Source of the DNA: Candidatus Eiseniibacteriota bacterium
Lineage (GTDB): Bacteria > Eisenbacteria > RBG-16-71-46 > SZUA-252
DNA length: 64,000 bases
Direction: 5' to 3'
Assembly (NCBI GenBank): GCA_043779525.1
Contig: JAYWED010000008.1
Location: 24,881 to 88,880, forward strand
Below the pieces are notes generated by a model. It worked only from the letters and a program-made list of their open reading frames with translations, ran no database searches and was not told where the DNA came from. Each line of letters begins with the position of its first letter. Within the stretch, counting starts at the first letter, position 1. Made by a program: the position numbers and the translations under genes. Positions 9,890 through 18,014 of this stretch are shown here, piece after piece.

Positions 9890-9898
9890 GCCGGGATG

Positions 9899-10420
9899 CT
9901 ATTCAGGACCGAGCCCTTCCCGGAGCTTCGGGCTCCCGGACTTCTCCCCGCCGAGCACGTATCGGATGGCGATCAGCAGCGTCTCGCCCAGCTCCGCCTT
10001 GTTGATGTAACCGCGGGCGCCCGCCCGGAAGGCACGTCGGGCGTAGACGGGCGCATCGTGCATGGTGAGCACCAGAACCGGCAGACCCTCATGACCCGCA
10101 CGGATCTCCCTCACCAGTGCCAGCCCATCCCCTTCGTCGAGCGCGAGATCGGTGATGACCAAGTCGGGTCGGGATGAGGCGATCGCCTCGAGCCCTGCCT
10201 GTGGCGTGGCGACCGCGGCGCAGACGGTGAGATCGGACTCGTTGTCGATCAGCGCGGTCAGGCCGCGCCGCACCAGAGCATGGTTGTCGACGATCAGGAT
10301 CCGACGCCTGGCGGGCGCTTCTAGTGCGATGCTCTCGTTGTGCATGCCGACACGGTGCCGCATGAGCGCAGCACTAGCATCGGGGCGACGGGCTGATTCC
10401 GGGATGGGGGATTCCCCCAT
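9899..10420 (-). pseudogene. truncated NarL/FixJ-family response regulator: receiver domain only, LuxR-type HTH missing. Either a gene remnant or a stand-alone REC protein.
   Basis: ILIVDNHALVRRGLTALI...PDLVITDLAL...LPVLVLTMHD... aligns with the receiver domain of the adjacent full-length response regulator at 10439-11123. The ORF stops shortly after the ...YVLGGE helix, with no DNA-binding domain. It is flanked by a repeated roughly 45-bp segment that contains a strong hairpin. Confidence 0.55.
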
Positions 10421-10438
10421 GGGGGGGAAGCGCGGGGG

Positions 10439-11123
10439 TCAGCGGCTGCGGCCGGTTTCAACCCATTGCGTCGCGCGCTGGGCCAGCTCGGCAGTTGTCT
10501 CGAGGCTCAGCTTGTTCTTGATGTGCTCGCGGTGGGTTTCGATGGTCTTGATGCTCAGGTTCAGGGTGTCGGCGATCTGGCGCGTGCTCCGGCCTTGACC
10601 GATCAGCCGGAACACCTGCAGCTCGCGGTCGCTGAGCGCGTCCAGGGGCGAGTCCGTTTCCAGCGTTCGCCCATCGACGAATTTCGCGGCGAGCCGCGCC
10701 TCGAGCGTGTCGCTCATGTACGTCTCGCCGTCGAGCAGACGACGGATGGCAACCAGCACGGTGCTGTCGAGCTGCTGCTTGGTGACATAGCCCCGGGCGC
10801 CGGCTTTCAGGGAACGCTCGGCATAAACCGCTTCGTCGTACATCGAGAGCACCAGCGCCGGAATCGCGGGATGGCGCTTTCGCATCTCCTTGACCAAGTC
10901 CAGGCCGTCACCTTTCCCCAGCGCGAGATCGACGATCACCAGGTCGGGTCGGCGCTCCGGAATGGCCGCGAGCGCCGCCGGGCAAGTCGCGGCTTCCCCG
11001 CACACGGCCAGGTCGGGCTCGGAGTCGATCAGGGCGGCCAGGCCGCGGCGAAGCGTGGGGTGGTCGTCGACGATCAGGATCGTCTTCCGGACCGGGCCGA
11101 CTCGTTCAGCTTTTCTCGCTGGC
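10439..11123 (-). CDS. NarL/FixJ-family response regulator (REC + LuxR HTH)
   Basis: Receiver domain TILIVDDHPTLRRGL...DLVIVDLAL... and a C-terminal LuxR-type HTH, ...LSDRELQVFRLIGQGRSTRQIADTLNLSIKTIETHR.... Its ATG at 11123 overlaps the stop codon of the upstream kinase at 11106-11108, so the two genes share one transcript. Confidence 0.85.
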
Positions 11124-12230
11124 ATGATCAGGCTTCTCGCGGGTGTCGGGTGTGCCGGACAGCGGAAAGGCGCAGGTGACGGCCGTACCGTGCGGGGCCC
11201 GACGTCGCACCTCGAGCGAGCCACCGATTAGGCGCGCCCGATAGGCCATCGTGTGCAGCCCGACCCCCCCTGGAGTGGACGCCTCCTCGGGCATGCCCAC
11301 CCCATTGTCCTTGATGCTCAGGAGACCCCGCCCGTCCTTCGAGCCCAGGCTGATCTCGATCCGATCGGCTTTCCCGTGCGCGATGGCGTTGTTCACCGCT
11401 TCCTGCGCGATGCGAACGATGTGCGACGCGGCCTCGGGACGTGGCCGGAGACAGGGGCGATCACACTCGAGTGTGCAGGTGACACGAAACAGGTGCCGGA
11501 CACCGAGGGTCAGGGTCTCGAGCGCGCCGTCAAGACCGGCCTCGTTGAGGCCAACCGGACCTAGATCGTGGGCCAGGCCGCGGGCCTGGATGATGCTCTC
11601 GTTCAGAAGTGTGGCGATCTCGGCGGCCATAGCCGACGCCGCGGATCCGGCGTTCGCCGCCAGCCTCTTGGAAAGTGTGGAGCCCAGGGCCGCGATACCT
11701 GCCAGGGATTGGCACAGTCCGTCGTGCAGCTCCCGGCCCAATCGCTCCCTTTCTCGATCCAGTACCTCGAGGATCTCCCTCTCGAGCCACTTCTGCCGCG
11801 TGACGTCCCGAGCTGTGGCGTAGATCTCCTGGCGCCCCGGCACAGGCTGCGCGTTCCATTGCAGCCAACGGAATGAACCGTCCTGGTGGCGGTACCGATT
11901 CTCGAAGAGGATCGTCTCTGAGCCTTCGGCAAGCTTGCCGACTTCCGCCTGCGTGGCCACGCAATCGTCGGGGTGCACGAAGTCGAGGAACGGCTTCGCC
12001 TTCAGCTCCTCCAGGGTCCACCCCAGACAGGCCGTCCACGCCGGGTTCAGGTATTTGAAGTATCCACCCTGCCCGGCAATGCACAGCAGGTCGAGCGACT
12101 GGGCGAAGAAGCGGGCGAACTCGTCATCGGCCCGCTGCGAATGTGCTGGCGGGGTTTGCATGCTCTCAACGCGCCGGAGTCGGGTGTTGAGATTTGCCGT
12201 GCGCTGCTTTTGAGTGCGAGCTCGGTCCAT
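11106..12230 (-). CDS. sensor histidine kinase (PAS + HisKA_3 + HATPase_c), NarX/DegS-like partner of the downstream response regulator
   Basis: PAS-like N-terminus. His-box ELHDGLCQSLAGI (HisKA_3 type). ATPase N/G boxes ...AQEAVNNAIAHG..., ...DNGVGMP... and GGVGLHTMAYRA. Confidence 0.8.
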   Translation of the reverse strand: MDRARTQKQRTANLNTRLRRVESMQTPPAHSQRADDEFARFFAQSLDLLCIAGQGGYFKYLNPAWTACLGWTLEELKAKPFLDFVHPDDCVATQAEVGKLAEGSETILFENRYRHQDGSFRWLQWNAQPVPGRQEIYATARDVTRQKWLEREILEVLDRERERLGRELHDGLCQSLAGIAALGSTLSKRLAANAGSAASAMAAEIATLLNESIIQARGLAHDLGPVGLNEAGLDGALETLTLGVRHLFRVTCTLECDRPCLRPRPEAASHIVRIAQEAVNNAIAHGKADRIEISLGSKDGRGLLSIKDNGVGMPEEASTPGGVGLHTMAYRARLIGGSLEVRRRAPHGTAVTCAFPLSGTPDTREKPDHASEKS

Positions 12231-12329
12231 TGTCGAGGGAGAGCCTTTCGGGTCTCGCTTGCGCTGGGGTCCCTCTCAATGTGAGCGGTCACCCCCCAGA
12301 GGTTGAAGCGCCAAACAGTATGACTGAAT

Positions 12330-12375
12330 GGCTACGGCGCTGGCTACGGTCAGGTTGGCCATCGTTGGCCACCCG
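12330..12375 (-). promoter_or_regulatory. two direct repeats of TGGCCAAC (10-bp phasing) upstream of the NarL-type HK-RR operon
   Basis: The minus strand reads gTGGCCAACgaTGGCCAACctgaccgtagcc. The flanking ggctacggtc context is shared with the 5485 and 13648 copies. Confidence 0.5.
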
Positions 12376-12550
12376 AAAGACGAAGCCCCAAGAGGGCCAT
12401 TACGCATCAGCAACTGTGACCGATCTGGGACCTGCTGAGCTTCCCTTCCCGGCCTTCAGCGGCCCCTCGTGGCCAAATGAAAAAGCCCCGGAAGCTGAAC
12501 GCTCCCAAGGCTCTCAATCACTTACGGACGTGGGCCGAGGCTCGTGGATT

Positions 12551-12690
12551 CGGCTTTGCAGACCGTCGCCTTAGCCACTTGGCTATGCCGCCCCCGCAAG
12601 TGGTTGAGTATAGCGTGGTTGGCGAAGGGCGCAATCGGGGAAATCATGAAAGAGCGACGGTCTTATGGACCGTCGCTCTCCTAGACATTT
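12551..12690 (-). repeat. copy of the tRNA-Cys 5' half (to the anticodon loop) plus its promoter and upstream hairpin
   Basis: Near-identical to 1541-1680 from ...TTGCAGACCGTCGCCTTAGCCACTTGGCTATGCCGCC through the -10 TATACT / -35 TTGCGC promoter and the GAGCGACGGTC...GACCGTCGCTC hairpin. It diverges exactly in the anticodon loop, and the tRNA 3' half is absent. Confidence 0.8.
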
Positions 12691-12962
12691 ACCGAATCGG
12701 GGGGCATTCCATCCCGGGCAGCGACGCGCACCGCCTGGATCGAGATCGCCCCCAGGCATTTATCGGGGCAATCCCCATCGCCCTCTCGGTGAAGGGTTGG
12801 CTTCCCGAGATAAGTGCCCTCGGTGTCCTTTGCGGCGAGGTTGTCCATGTGCATGAAGCGGTTGATTCCCATCGTTTCAACGAAGAACTTCTCGGCGGAC
12901 GCCGGGTCTCGGACGACCCAGGCAACCTGGCAGAAGGCTGGAGCAATCACTGGCTTTGTCAT
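12681..12962 (-). CDS. small VOC (glyoxalase/bleomycin-resistance)-like protein, possibly truncated
   Basis: The N-terminus, ...FCQVAWVVRDPASAEKFFVETMGINRF..., resembles a VOC beta-alpha-beta-beta-beta module. It is only about 93 aa long and abuts a copied tRNA-promoter repeat and hairpin. Confidence 0.35.
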   Translation of the reverse strand: MTKPVIAPAFCQVAWVVRDPASAEKFFVETMGINRFMHMDNLAAKDTEGTYLGKPTLHREGDGDCPDKCLGAISIQAVRVAARDGMPPDSVNV

Positions 12963-13411
12963 GTTTGAGACCCCGGTGGAGGCCACGCATCGATGACCTG
13001 ACGCAGGGCAACGATCTTCCCGAGGTGGTAAGCATTATGAACGGCCAAGCTCTCGAGCATCTCGGCAAGCGTGACTCCCGGACTCACTTCCTTCATCAGC
13101 GCCTCATGTGAGCGCCCTAACTCTACTGCCGTCTCCGACCCGGCGAGAAACTCACTGACGAGATCTTCCCACATGCGCTCGTTGCCAGGCGCCTCTGAGG
13201 GAAACTGCTGTCCCCCGTCAATATATGCAGCTGCGGCTGGTTCGTCGCATTGAACGACGATCGACTGCCACTTGGTTGTGTGCCAGAGCTCCTCGTAGAT
13301 CGTATGCGGGAGCCCAGGTGGCCGCACGCTCACCTGCTCGACCGTCAGACCGGAGAGCAGGCGAGCCCGGGACATGAACTCGTCAATGAAAAGATGCTCC
13401 CACTGACCCAT
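12959..13411 (-). CDS. DinB/YfiT-like (DinB_2 superfamily) metal-dependent protein
   Basis: 150 aa, with a four-helix-bundle type sequence, ...TVEQVSVRPPGLPHTIYEELWHTTKWQ...HNAYHLGKIVALRQ..., and the conserved His pattern of DinB_2. Confidence 0.55.
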   Translation of the reverse strand: MGQWEHLFIDEFMSRARLLSGLTVEQVSVRPPGLPHTIYEELWHTTKWQSIVVQCDEPAAAAYIDGGQQFPSEAPGNERMWEDLVSEFLAGSETAVELGRSHEALMKEVSPGVTLAEMLESLAVHNAYHLGKIVALRQVIDAWPPPGSQT

Positions 13412-13647
13412 GAATCGAATGTCTTTCCCTTAAAGATGACGTGCGGCAGTCCGCCGAACAAGAATTAGACTGAACCATGTATCAGGATACGGAGACCAGC
13501 CTATCCCAAGCCCCCTCCGCTCGTGTGAAATTCCGGAGGGCGACGACGGCACCTCTGCCTACCAGGAGCGGGGCAGCTTCTGGACACGGACGTGGGCTCG
13601 CCTTCGCTCGAACCCGCAGCAGACGGATCGCAAACTCTCGCCCCATT

Positions 13648-13680
13648 GGCTACGGTCGTGGCTAGGTTGGCCATTCCTGG
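13648..13680 (-). promoter_or_regulatory. single TGGCCAAC motif with the conserved flanking context, upstream of the DinB-like/VOC genes
   Basis: The minus strand reads gccaggaaTGGCCAACctagccacgaccgtagcc. Confidence 0.4.
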
Positions 13681-13723
13681 CGAGGACCGGCCCCAAAATC
13701 GGCGAAAATCAGATCAAAATACG

Positions 13724-13806
13724 TTGCAGACCGTCGCGTTAGCCACTTGGCTATGCCGCCCCCGCAAGTAGCGTGGTTGGCGGTGGGCGCAATCGAGGAA
13801 ATAGTG
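13724..13806 (-). repeat. second copy of the tRNA-Cys 5' half plus promoter, with a 10-bp internal deletion
   Basis: TTGCAGACCGTCGCGTTAGCCACTTGGCTATGCCGCCCCCGCAAGT--AGCGTGGTTGGCGGTGGGCGCAATCGAGGAAAT matches 1548-1640. The break point is again in the anticodon loop. Confidence 0.75.
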
Positions 13807-13821
13807 CGAGGGCTTCGGGAA

Positions 13822-14550
13822 TTACGCTCCACCGCCGACCTGCACGGGCTCGCCCTGCTCGGCCATATGCGGCTTGCCGAGCGAGTCCAGGATATGCCCG
13901 GACTTGTCGCGCTTGGTCTCGAGATAGAACCGGTTGTACTCGTTCGCAGGGATCACGTGAGGCACGCGACTGGAGATCCGAACACCAAACCGGATTAACT
14001 CCTCGACCTTCTTCGGGTTGTTGGTCAACAAGCGGACCGAGCCGACCCGAAGGCTGTGAAGCATGTGAGCCGCGATCGAGTACTCGCGCTCATCATCGCG
14101 AAATCCGAGAGCGAGATTGGCCTCGACTGTGTCCAGACCCCGATCTTGGAGTCCGTAGGCGCGCAGTTTGTTGAGCAAACCGATGCCGCGCCCTTCCTGC
14201 CTTAGATAGAGCACCAGGCCGCAGGGTTCGCCGGCAATCACGCGCAGCGCAGCCTCGAGCTGGTCGCGACAGTCACAGCGAAGCGATCCGAGCGCGTCTC
14301 CGGTCAGGCACTCTGAGTGCACCCGCGTCGGCACGCCCTCGCGTCCGATCGGGTTACCGTGCATGATCGCGACGTGTTCCTTGCCGTCACGGTTGTTCCA
14401 GAACGCGACCACCTGAAATAGCCCGAAACGGCTGGGCAGGTCCGCGATGGCGACAATTCGAACGCAAATCTTCTTTTCCCCAACACCGGCGCATTCGTGA
14501 TCGGCCTCTTCCCTGAGAATCGCATCGATCTCCCCGACGGTCAGTCGCAT
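13822..14550 (-). CDS. ribA: GTP cyclohydrolase II (RibA-type)
   Basis: ...RVHSECLTGDALGSLRCDCRDQLEAALRVI...YLRQEGRGIGLLNKLRAYGLQDRGLDTVEANLALGFRDDEREY... carries the Zn-binding CX2C...C pattern and catalytic Arg/Tyr motifs of RibA. The upstream 147 codons of the track ORF are low-complexity and were not included. Confidence 0.85.
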   Translation of the reverse strand: MRLTVGEIDAILREEADHECAGVGEKKICVRIVAIADLPSRFGLFQVVAFWNNRDGKEHVAIMHGNPIGREGVPTRVHSECLTGDALGSLRCDCRDQLEAALRVIAGEPCGLVLYLRQEGRGIGLLNKLRAYGLQDRGLDTVEANLALGFRDDEREYSIAAHMLHSLRVGSVRLLTNNPKKVEELIRFGVRISSRVPHVIPANEYNRFYLETKRDKSGHILDSLGKPHMAEQGEPVQVGGGA

Positions 14551-14569
14551 GAAGAACTCCTTTGGAGGT

Positions 14570-15625
14570 TCACATGCACTCCGGCAGCATCTGCGCGAAG
14601 CGTTCGGCCAGGACGATTCCGGATCCGTAGGCGCCTTCGGCGCCGCCGGCGTCGTGGAGGCCGTCGCCGGCGACACCCAGCAACGCACCATCCTCAAGTT
14701 CCACGACGAGCGGACACGCCAACTCCGAGCCCGCCGCCACCCGCGCTCGTCGCCATATATGAGATTGCACCAAGTCGGGTTCCGCGATCCAGTCTCCGTG
14801 CAGTGTGGCCGCCTCCTGGAGTAGAGCGCGCGTCCAGGAACCCGCGGGGTCGTTGAGGTGCTTGGCCGAGAACGCCGGCCGTGCCTGAAGGACCAGCATG
14901 AGCCGGAGAGTCCCTGCACGTTTGCTCGAGTCTTGCAGAATGGAGTGAATCCCGGAACTCGATCGGGGAAAGCTCGCCTGCCATTCGGGCGCACGGGTCG
15001 AGGAGGGGTAGCGGGCGATCACAGCGAGACAGGGGAGCATGTGCACCAATTCAAGGATCGGTATCTGCGCTGCGATGGCATCGGGAAGCGGATCCATGGC
15101 ATGCAGCAGTCTTATCGCGGAAGGAACAGGCATCGTGAGCGCCACGGCCTTCGCTCGCACGGTCTCACCGGTCGTCAGTTCGAGTTCCCAGCGACGCCCG
15201 CCGCGCGCGGTGCCACCTCCTGCCAATCGCAACGCCGCGACCTCGGTCTCGAGGCGCACATCGAGTCCACGCGCGAGATGCTTCGCCAGCCTGCTCACGC
15301 CTTCCGCGAAGGCGAGTCGACGGTCGGTCCCGGCAAAGGCTTCCGGCCTGCAAGGCAAGCCCTCGCCTTCCACGACGAGCGGCCAGTCCGGAATGAGGGT
15401 GGCGTCGGAGACCGCATCCAACTCGGCGAGGAACTTCTCCGATCGTCCATGGAGATAGGACAGCCCATGATCCACGGGCTGGGCATCCACCCTGCGTGTC
15501 GCACAGCGACCGCCCACGCCGCGCGCGCGCTCGAGGACCATCGGGGCACGGCCGCACGCGCGAAGTCCCCGGGCAAGCGCGAGTCCTGCGATCCCGGCGC
15601 CGACGACAATCACGTCGTGGACCAT
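14570..15625 (-). CDS. FAD/NAD(P)-binding oxidoreductase (renalase / amine-oxidase-like)
   Basis: N-terminal dinucleotide-binding motif MVHDVIVVGAGIAGLALA...LERARGVGGR. Size is about 350 aa. Confidence 0.75.
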   Translation of the reverse strand: MVHDVIVVGAGIAGLALARGLRACGRAPMVLERARGVGGRCATRRVDAQPVDHGLSYLHGRSEKFLAELDAVSDATLIPDWPLVVEGEGLPCRPEAFAGTDRRLAFAEGVSRLAKHLARGLDVRLETEVAALRLAGGGTARGGRRWELELTTGETVRAKAVALTMPVPSAIRLLHAMDPLPDAIAAQIPILELVHMLPCLAVIARYPSSTRAPEWQASFPRSSSGIHSILQDSSKRAGTLRLMLVLQARPAFSAKHLNDPAGSWTRALLQEAATLHGDWIAEPDLVQSHIWRRARVAAGSELACPLVVELEDGALLGVAGDGLHDAGGAEGAYGSGIVLAERFAQMLPECM

Positions 15626-15658
15626 GTCGAACCGATGGCACTCGTCACTTGAGAGCGG

Positions 15659-16225
15659 TCATTCCGTTGGACGTCGCACTCGCTGTACGAGTTCCTGGTA
15701 CGCGGCCTCCTCAAACGGTCCGTGGGCGCGCCAGGCCACCCGCCCCGCGCGGTCCAGCAGCAGCAGATAGGCAACGTCGTGTTCTGAATATCCCACCCGC
15801 CGCTTCCAGTCGCCGGCGCCGCCATACACCGTGATCACATGATCGTGGAGTTCGCGCGGGGTGCCGCGCCGCATCCCTCTATTGATGAACGGCTGGGCCA
15901 GGCGGCCGGCGCCTCCGATCACGGGTATTTCGAAATAGGCGAGAACAGTATCCGAGCCGAAGTCGCGGCGGAACCGGTTCCCCCAGGTCTCCACGTCGTG
16001 CCTCGAGTGGTACGTGAAGCCCAGCATGAGCAGGACCTCGCGTCCCCGGACCGCGTCGGGCAGCACAATCCTCTTTCCGCTGAGAAGCTTGCCTCGAAGC
16101 GGAGGAAGATTGTCTCCGAGCGGAATCATCGAGCCCTCCACGAGGTTGGCGACGAGCAAAGCCGGCATCATGAATAGCAGCATCCGCCCGAGCCGCCGGA
16201 CACCGTGCCTCATCGTTTCGCGCAT
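15659..16225 (-). CDS. hypothetical exported protein
   Basis: Signal-like N-terminus MRETMRHGVRRLGRMLLFMMPALLVA. No clear domain. It sits inside the minus-strand operon that follows the B12-MerR regulator. Confidence 0.45.
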   Translation of the reverse strand: MRETMRHGVRRLGRMLLFMMPALLVANLVEGSMIPLGDNLPPLRGKLLSGKRIVLPDAVRGREVLLMLGFTYHSRHDVETWGNRFRRDFGSDTVLAYFEIPVIGGAGRLAQPFINRGMRRGTPRELHDHVITVYGGAGDWKRRVGYSEHDVAYLLLLDRAGRVAWRAHGPFEEAAYQELVQRVRRPTE

Positions 16226-16244
16226 GGCAGCCCTTCCCTCGACT

Positions 16245-17189
16245 CTAGGAACCGCCGGCGAGTCTGGCTTCGAACGCCGCGAGATTTGGAAAGCACTCGG
16301 CTCCCGTCGAAGCTTCGGGCGCCCCGGCCCCCCCCACCCACAGCGGAACACGTTTCGGGAGGAGAGCGCGAAGTTCGACGACGGCTCTCACGGACCGCGC
16401 GTGGCGCTTGGCTGCGGAAATACTGACCGTCACCGCCTCGGCGTTGACGGTCGTCGCGGCCTCGGCAATCTGATCGATGGGCGCGTTCGCACCCAGATAG
16501 ACGACGCGATAGCCGTGGAGGGCCATGATCGTGCACGCCATGAGAAGCCCCCCCTCATGCGCGTCCCCTGGCAGCGTCGCCGCGGCGACGCGAGGGCCGC
16601 GCGCCTCCCGATCGTAGGGCTCACGCACCTCTCGAAGGAAGTCCGAGAGACAGGCCGAGGCAAAATGTTCGTGCCGGACCTGGAGCCTTCCCTCGTGCCA
16701 CGCCCGGCCGATCTCGATCATGAAGGGGCCGCCGAGATCCTGGAGGAAGTGGAGGGGACCGAACCGAACCCAGTTCGCACTGAGCTCGCGCATCAAGGGC
16801 CCGCGGTCCAGCTCCATTGTAGCCTGGAGCATCGCGGCGATCGACCGCTCGAACCCCTCGGCGGCATGGACATCCGGAAGGGAGACCGCAGCCAGCCGAT
16901 CCCCGCGCGGCTCCGCCAGAGCAAGCAAAGCGTCCAGTGCCCGCTCCGACAGAGGAACGATCTCGTTGGGGCGGTGCCCCAGGGCCAGGAGCCGAGCGAC
17001 GCGCCGGAGACGCTCCACCGATTCGGCGGTGTAGAGACGGTGACCCGAGGGCTTCCGCACGGGCATGGGGGAACCATAGCGACGCTCCCACGTGCGCAGC
17101 GTCTCGACCGGGATGCGCGTGGCCCGGGACAACGCCCCTATGGAGAACTTCCTAGGGTCTGCCATTCCGCGCTTGCGCCTCTTGTCCAT
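16245..17189 (-). CDS. MerR-family transcriptional regulator with a C-terminal cobalamin(B12)-binding domain (CarH/LitR-like light-responsive regulator)
   Basis: MerR HTH FSIGALSRATRIPVETLRTWERRYG. C-terminal B12-binding Rossmann segment ...HEGGLLMACTIMALHGYRVVYLGANAPIDQIAEAA.... Confidence 0.75.
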   Translation of the reverse strand: MDKRRKRGMADPRKFSIGALSRATRIPVETLRTWERRYGSPMPVRKPSGHRLYTAESVERLRRVARLLALGHRPNEIVPLSERALDALLALAEPRGDRLAAVSLPDVHAAEGFERSIAAMLQATMELDRGPLMRELSANWVRFGPLHFLQDLGGPFMIEIGRAWHEGRLQVRHEHFASACLSDFLREVREPYDREARGPRVAAATLPGDAHEGGLLMACTIMALHGYRVVYLGANAPIDQIAEAATTVNAEAVTVSISAAKRHARSVRAVVELRALLPKRVPLWVGGAGAPEASTGAECFPNLAAFEARLAGGS

Positions 17190-17290
17190 CGCTTCACCCA
17201 ACTCATTCCCCATTGTGGGCCACCCGCCCAGGTCTCTGCTCCAGTCCTTCTTTGGTGCTGCTCGTAGCTTTTGATGAACATTTTTTGAAC

Positions 17291-17353
17291 GGGATTCATA
17301 GTAGGGCAATCCCACAACGGATATACTGTTCATTATATATTCAAACTTTGAAT
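17291..17353. promoter_or_regulatory. AT-rich divergent promoter region carrying two inverted repeats, candidate operators for the MerR/B12 regulator
   Basis: GGGATTC-N9-GCAATCCC at 17291-17313. ATTCAAA-CT-TTTGAAT (7-bp perfect inverted repeat) at 17339-17353. Local GC is about 35 % against a roughly 68 % background. Confidence 0.45.
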
Positions 17354-17465
17354 CCATCGTCGAGGATGGGCGTCCAATTACTCGTGGACCGCCAGCCTGT
17401 TGGGTGGCCCCACACGGAGACGGGCGGCACCGGTACTTCACCACCTATGGAAAAGGAGGACGGGC

Positions 17466-17690
17466 ATGAAGAATCTCGACGTGATCGTGGCTGTTTTGGT
17501 AGTTGTGGGAGGACTGAACTGGGGCCTCGTGGCCTTGGCGAATTTCGACCTGGTGGCATTCCTCACCGGAGCCGGCGGGTTCGGAGCCAAGAACGCCCTG
17601 GGCACGGTGACCTACGGGCTTGTTGGGCTCTCTGCCCTCTACCAGGCGCTGCAGCGTGGGGCGATACAGCGCCGCTGGGCGAAGGCCTGA
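17466..17690 (+). CDS. DUF378-family small membrane protein
   Basis: MKNLDVIVAVLVVVGGLNWGLVALANFDLVAFL... is the hallmark DUF378 (YuzA-like) sequence. It is divergently transcribed from the MerR/B12 regulator across an AT-rich region containing palindromes. Confidence 0.7.
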   Translation: MKNLDVIVAVLVVVGGLNWGLVALANFDLVAFLTGAGGFGAKNALGTVTYGLVGLSALYQALQRGAIQRRWAKA

Positions 17691-17764
17691 TGTCTCCAGG
17701 GGTGGCGGGCGCGAATTTCCAAACCCGCCACCCGTTTCCTTTCGAACGTGGAGGGTGAACCCTA

Positions 17765-17932
17765 ATGCGCACGACAGATTGGTCCATTACGCTTTTCCTA
17801 GCTGCAGCCTCCATCTCGTTCTTCTTCTCGGTCATTCTGTGGTTCTTCGTAAACAAGGACTATGGCGTCTTCGTCGGCCTTTGGGTGCCTTCGATCCTGT
17901 CTCTAGGCGCACTCGTTAGGCGGGCTCGATGA
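17765..17932 (+). CDS. small hydrophobic (single-TM) protein, 55 aa, not in the ORF track. A 32-aa hydrophobic ORF follows at 17929-18027 with an ATGA overlap.
   Basis: MRTTDWSITLFLAAASISFFFSVILWFFVNKDYGVFVGLWVPSILSLGALVRRAR. The TGA stop overlaps the ATG of a second tiny ORF, MNLEWLLGVVGMAVFTLALIAARISLGRDQEP. Codon use is atypical and lower in GC. Confidence 0.3.
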   Translation: MRTTDWSITLFLAAASISFFFSVILWFFVNKDYGVFVGLWVPSILSLGALVRRAR

Positions 17933-18014
17933 ACCTCGAGTGGTTGCTTGGCGTGGTCGGGATGGCGGTCTTCACCCTCGCGCTCATCGCCGCTCGGATT
18001 TCGCTTGGTCGCGA

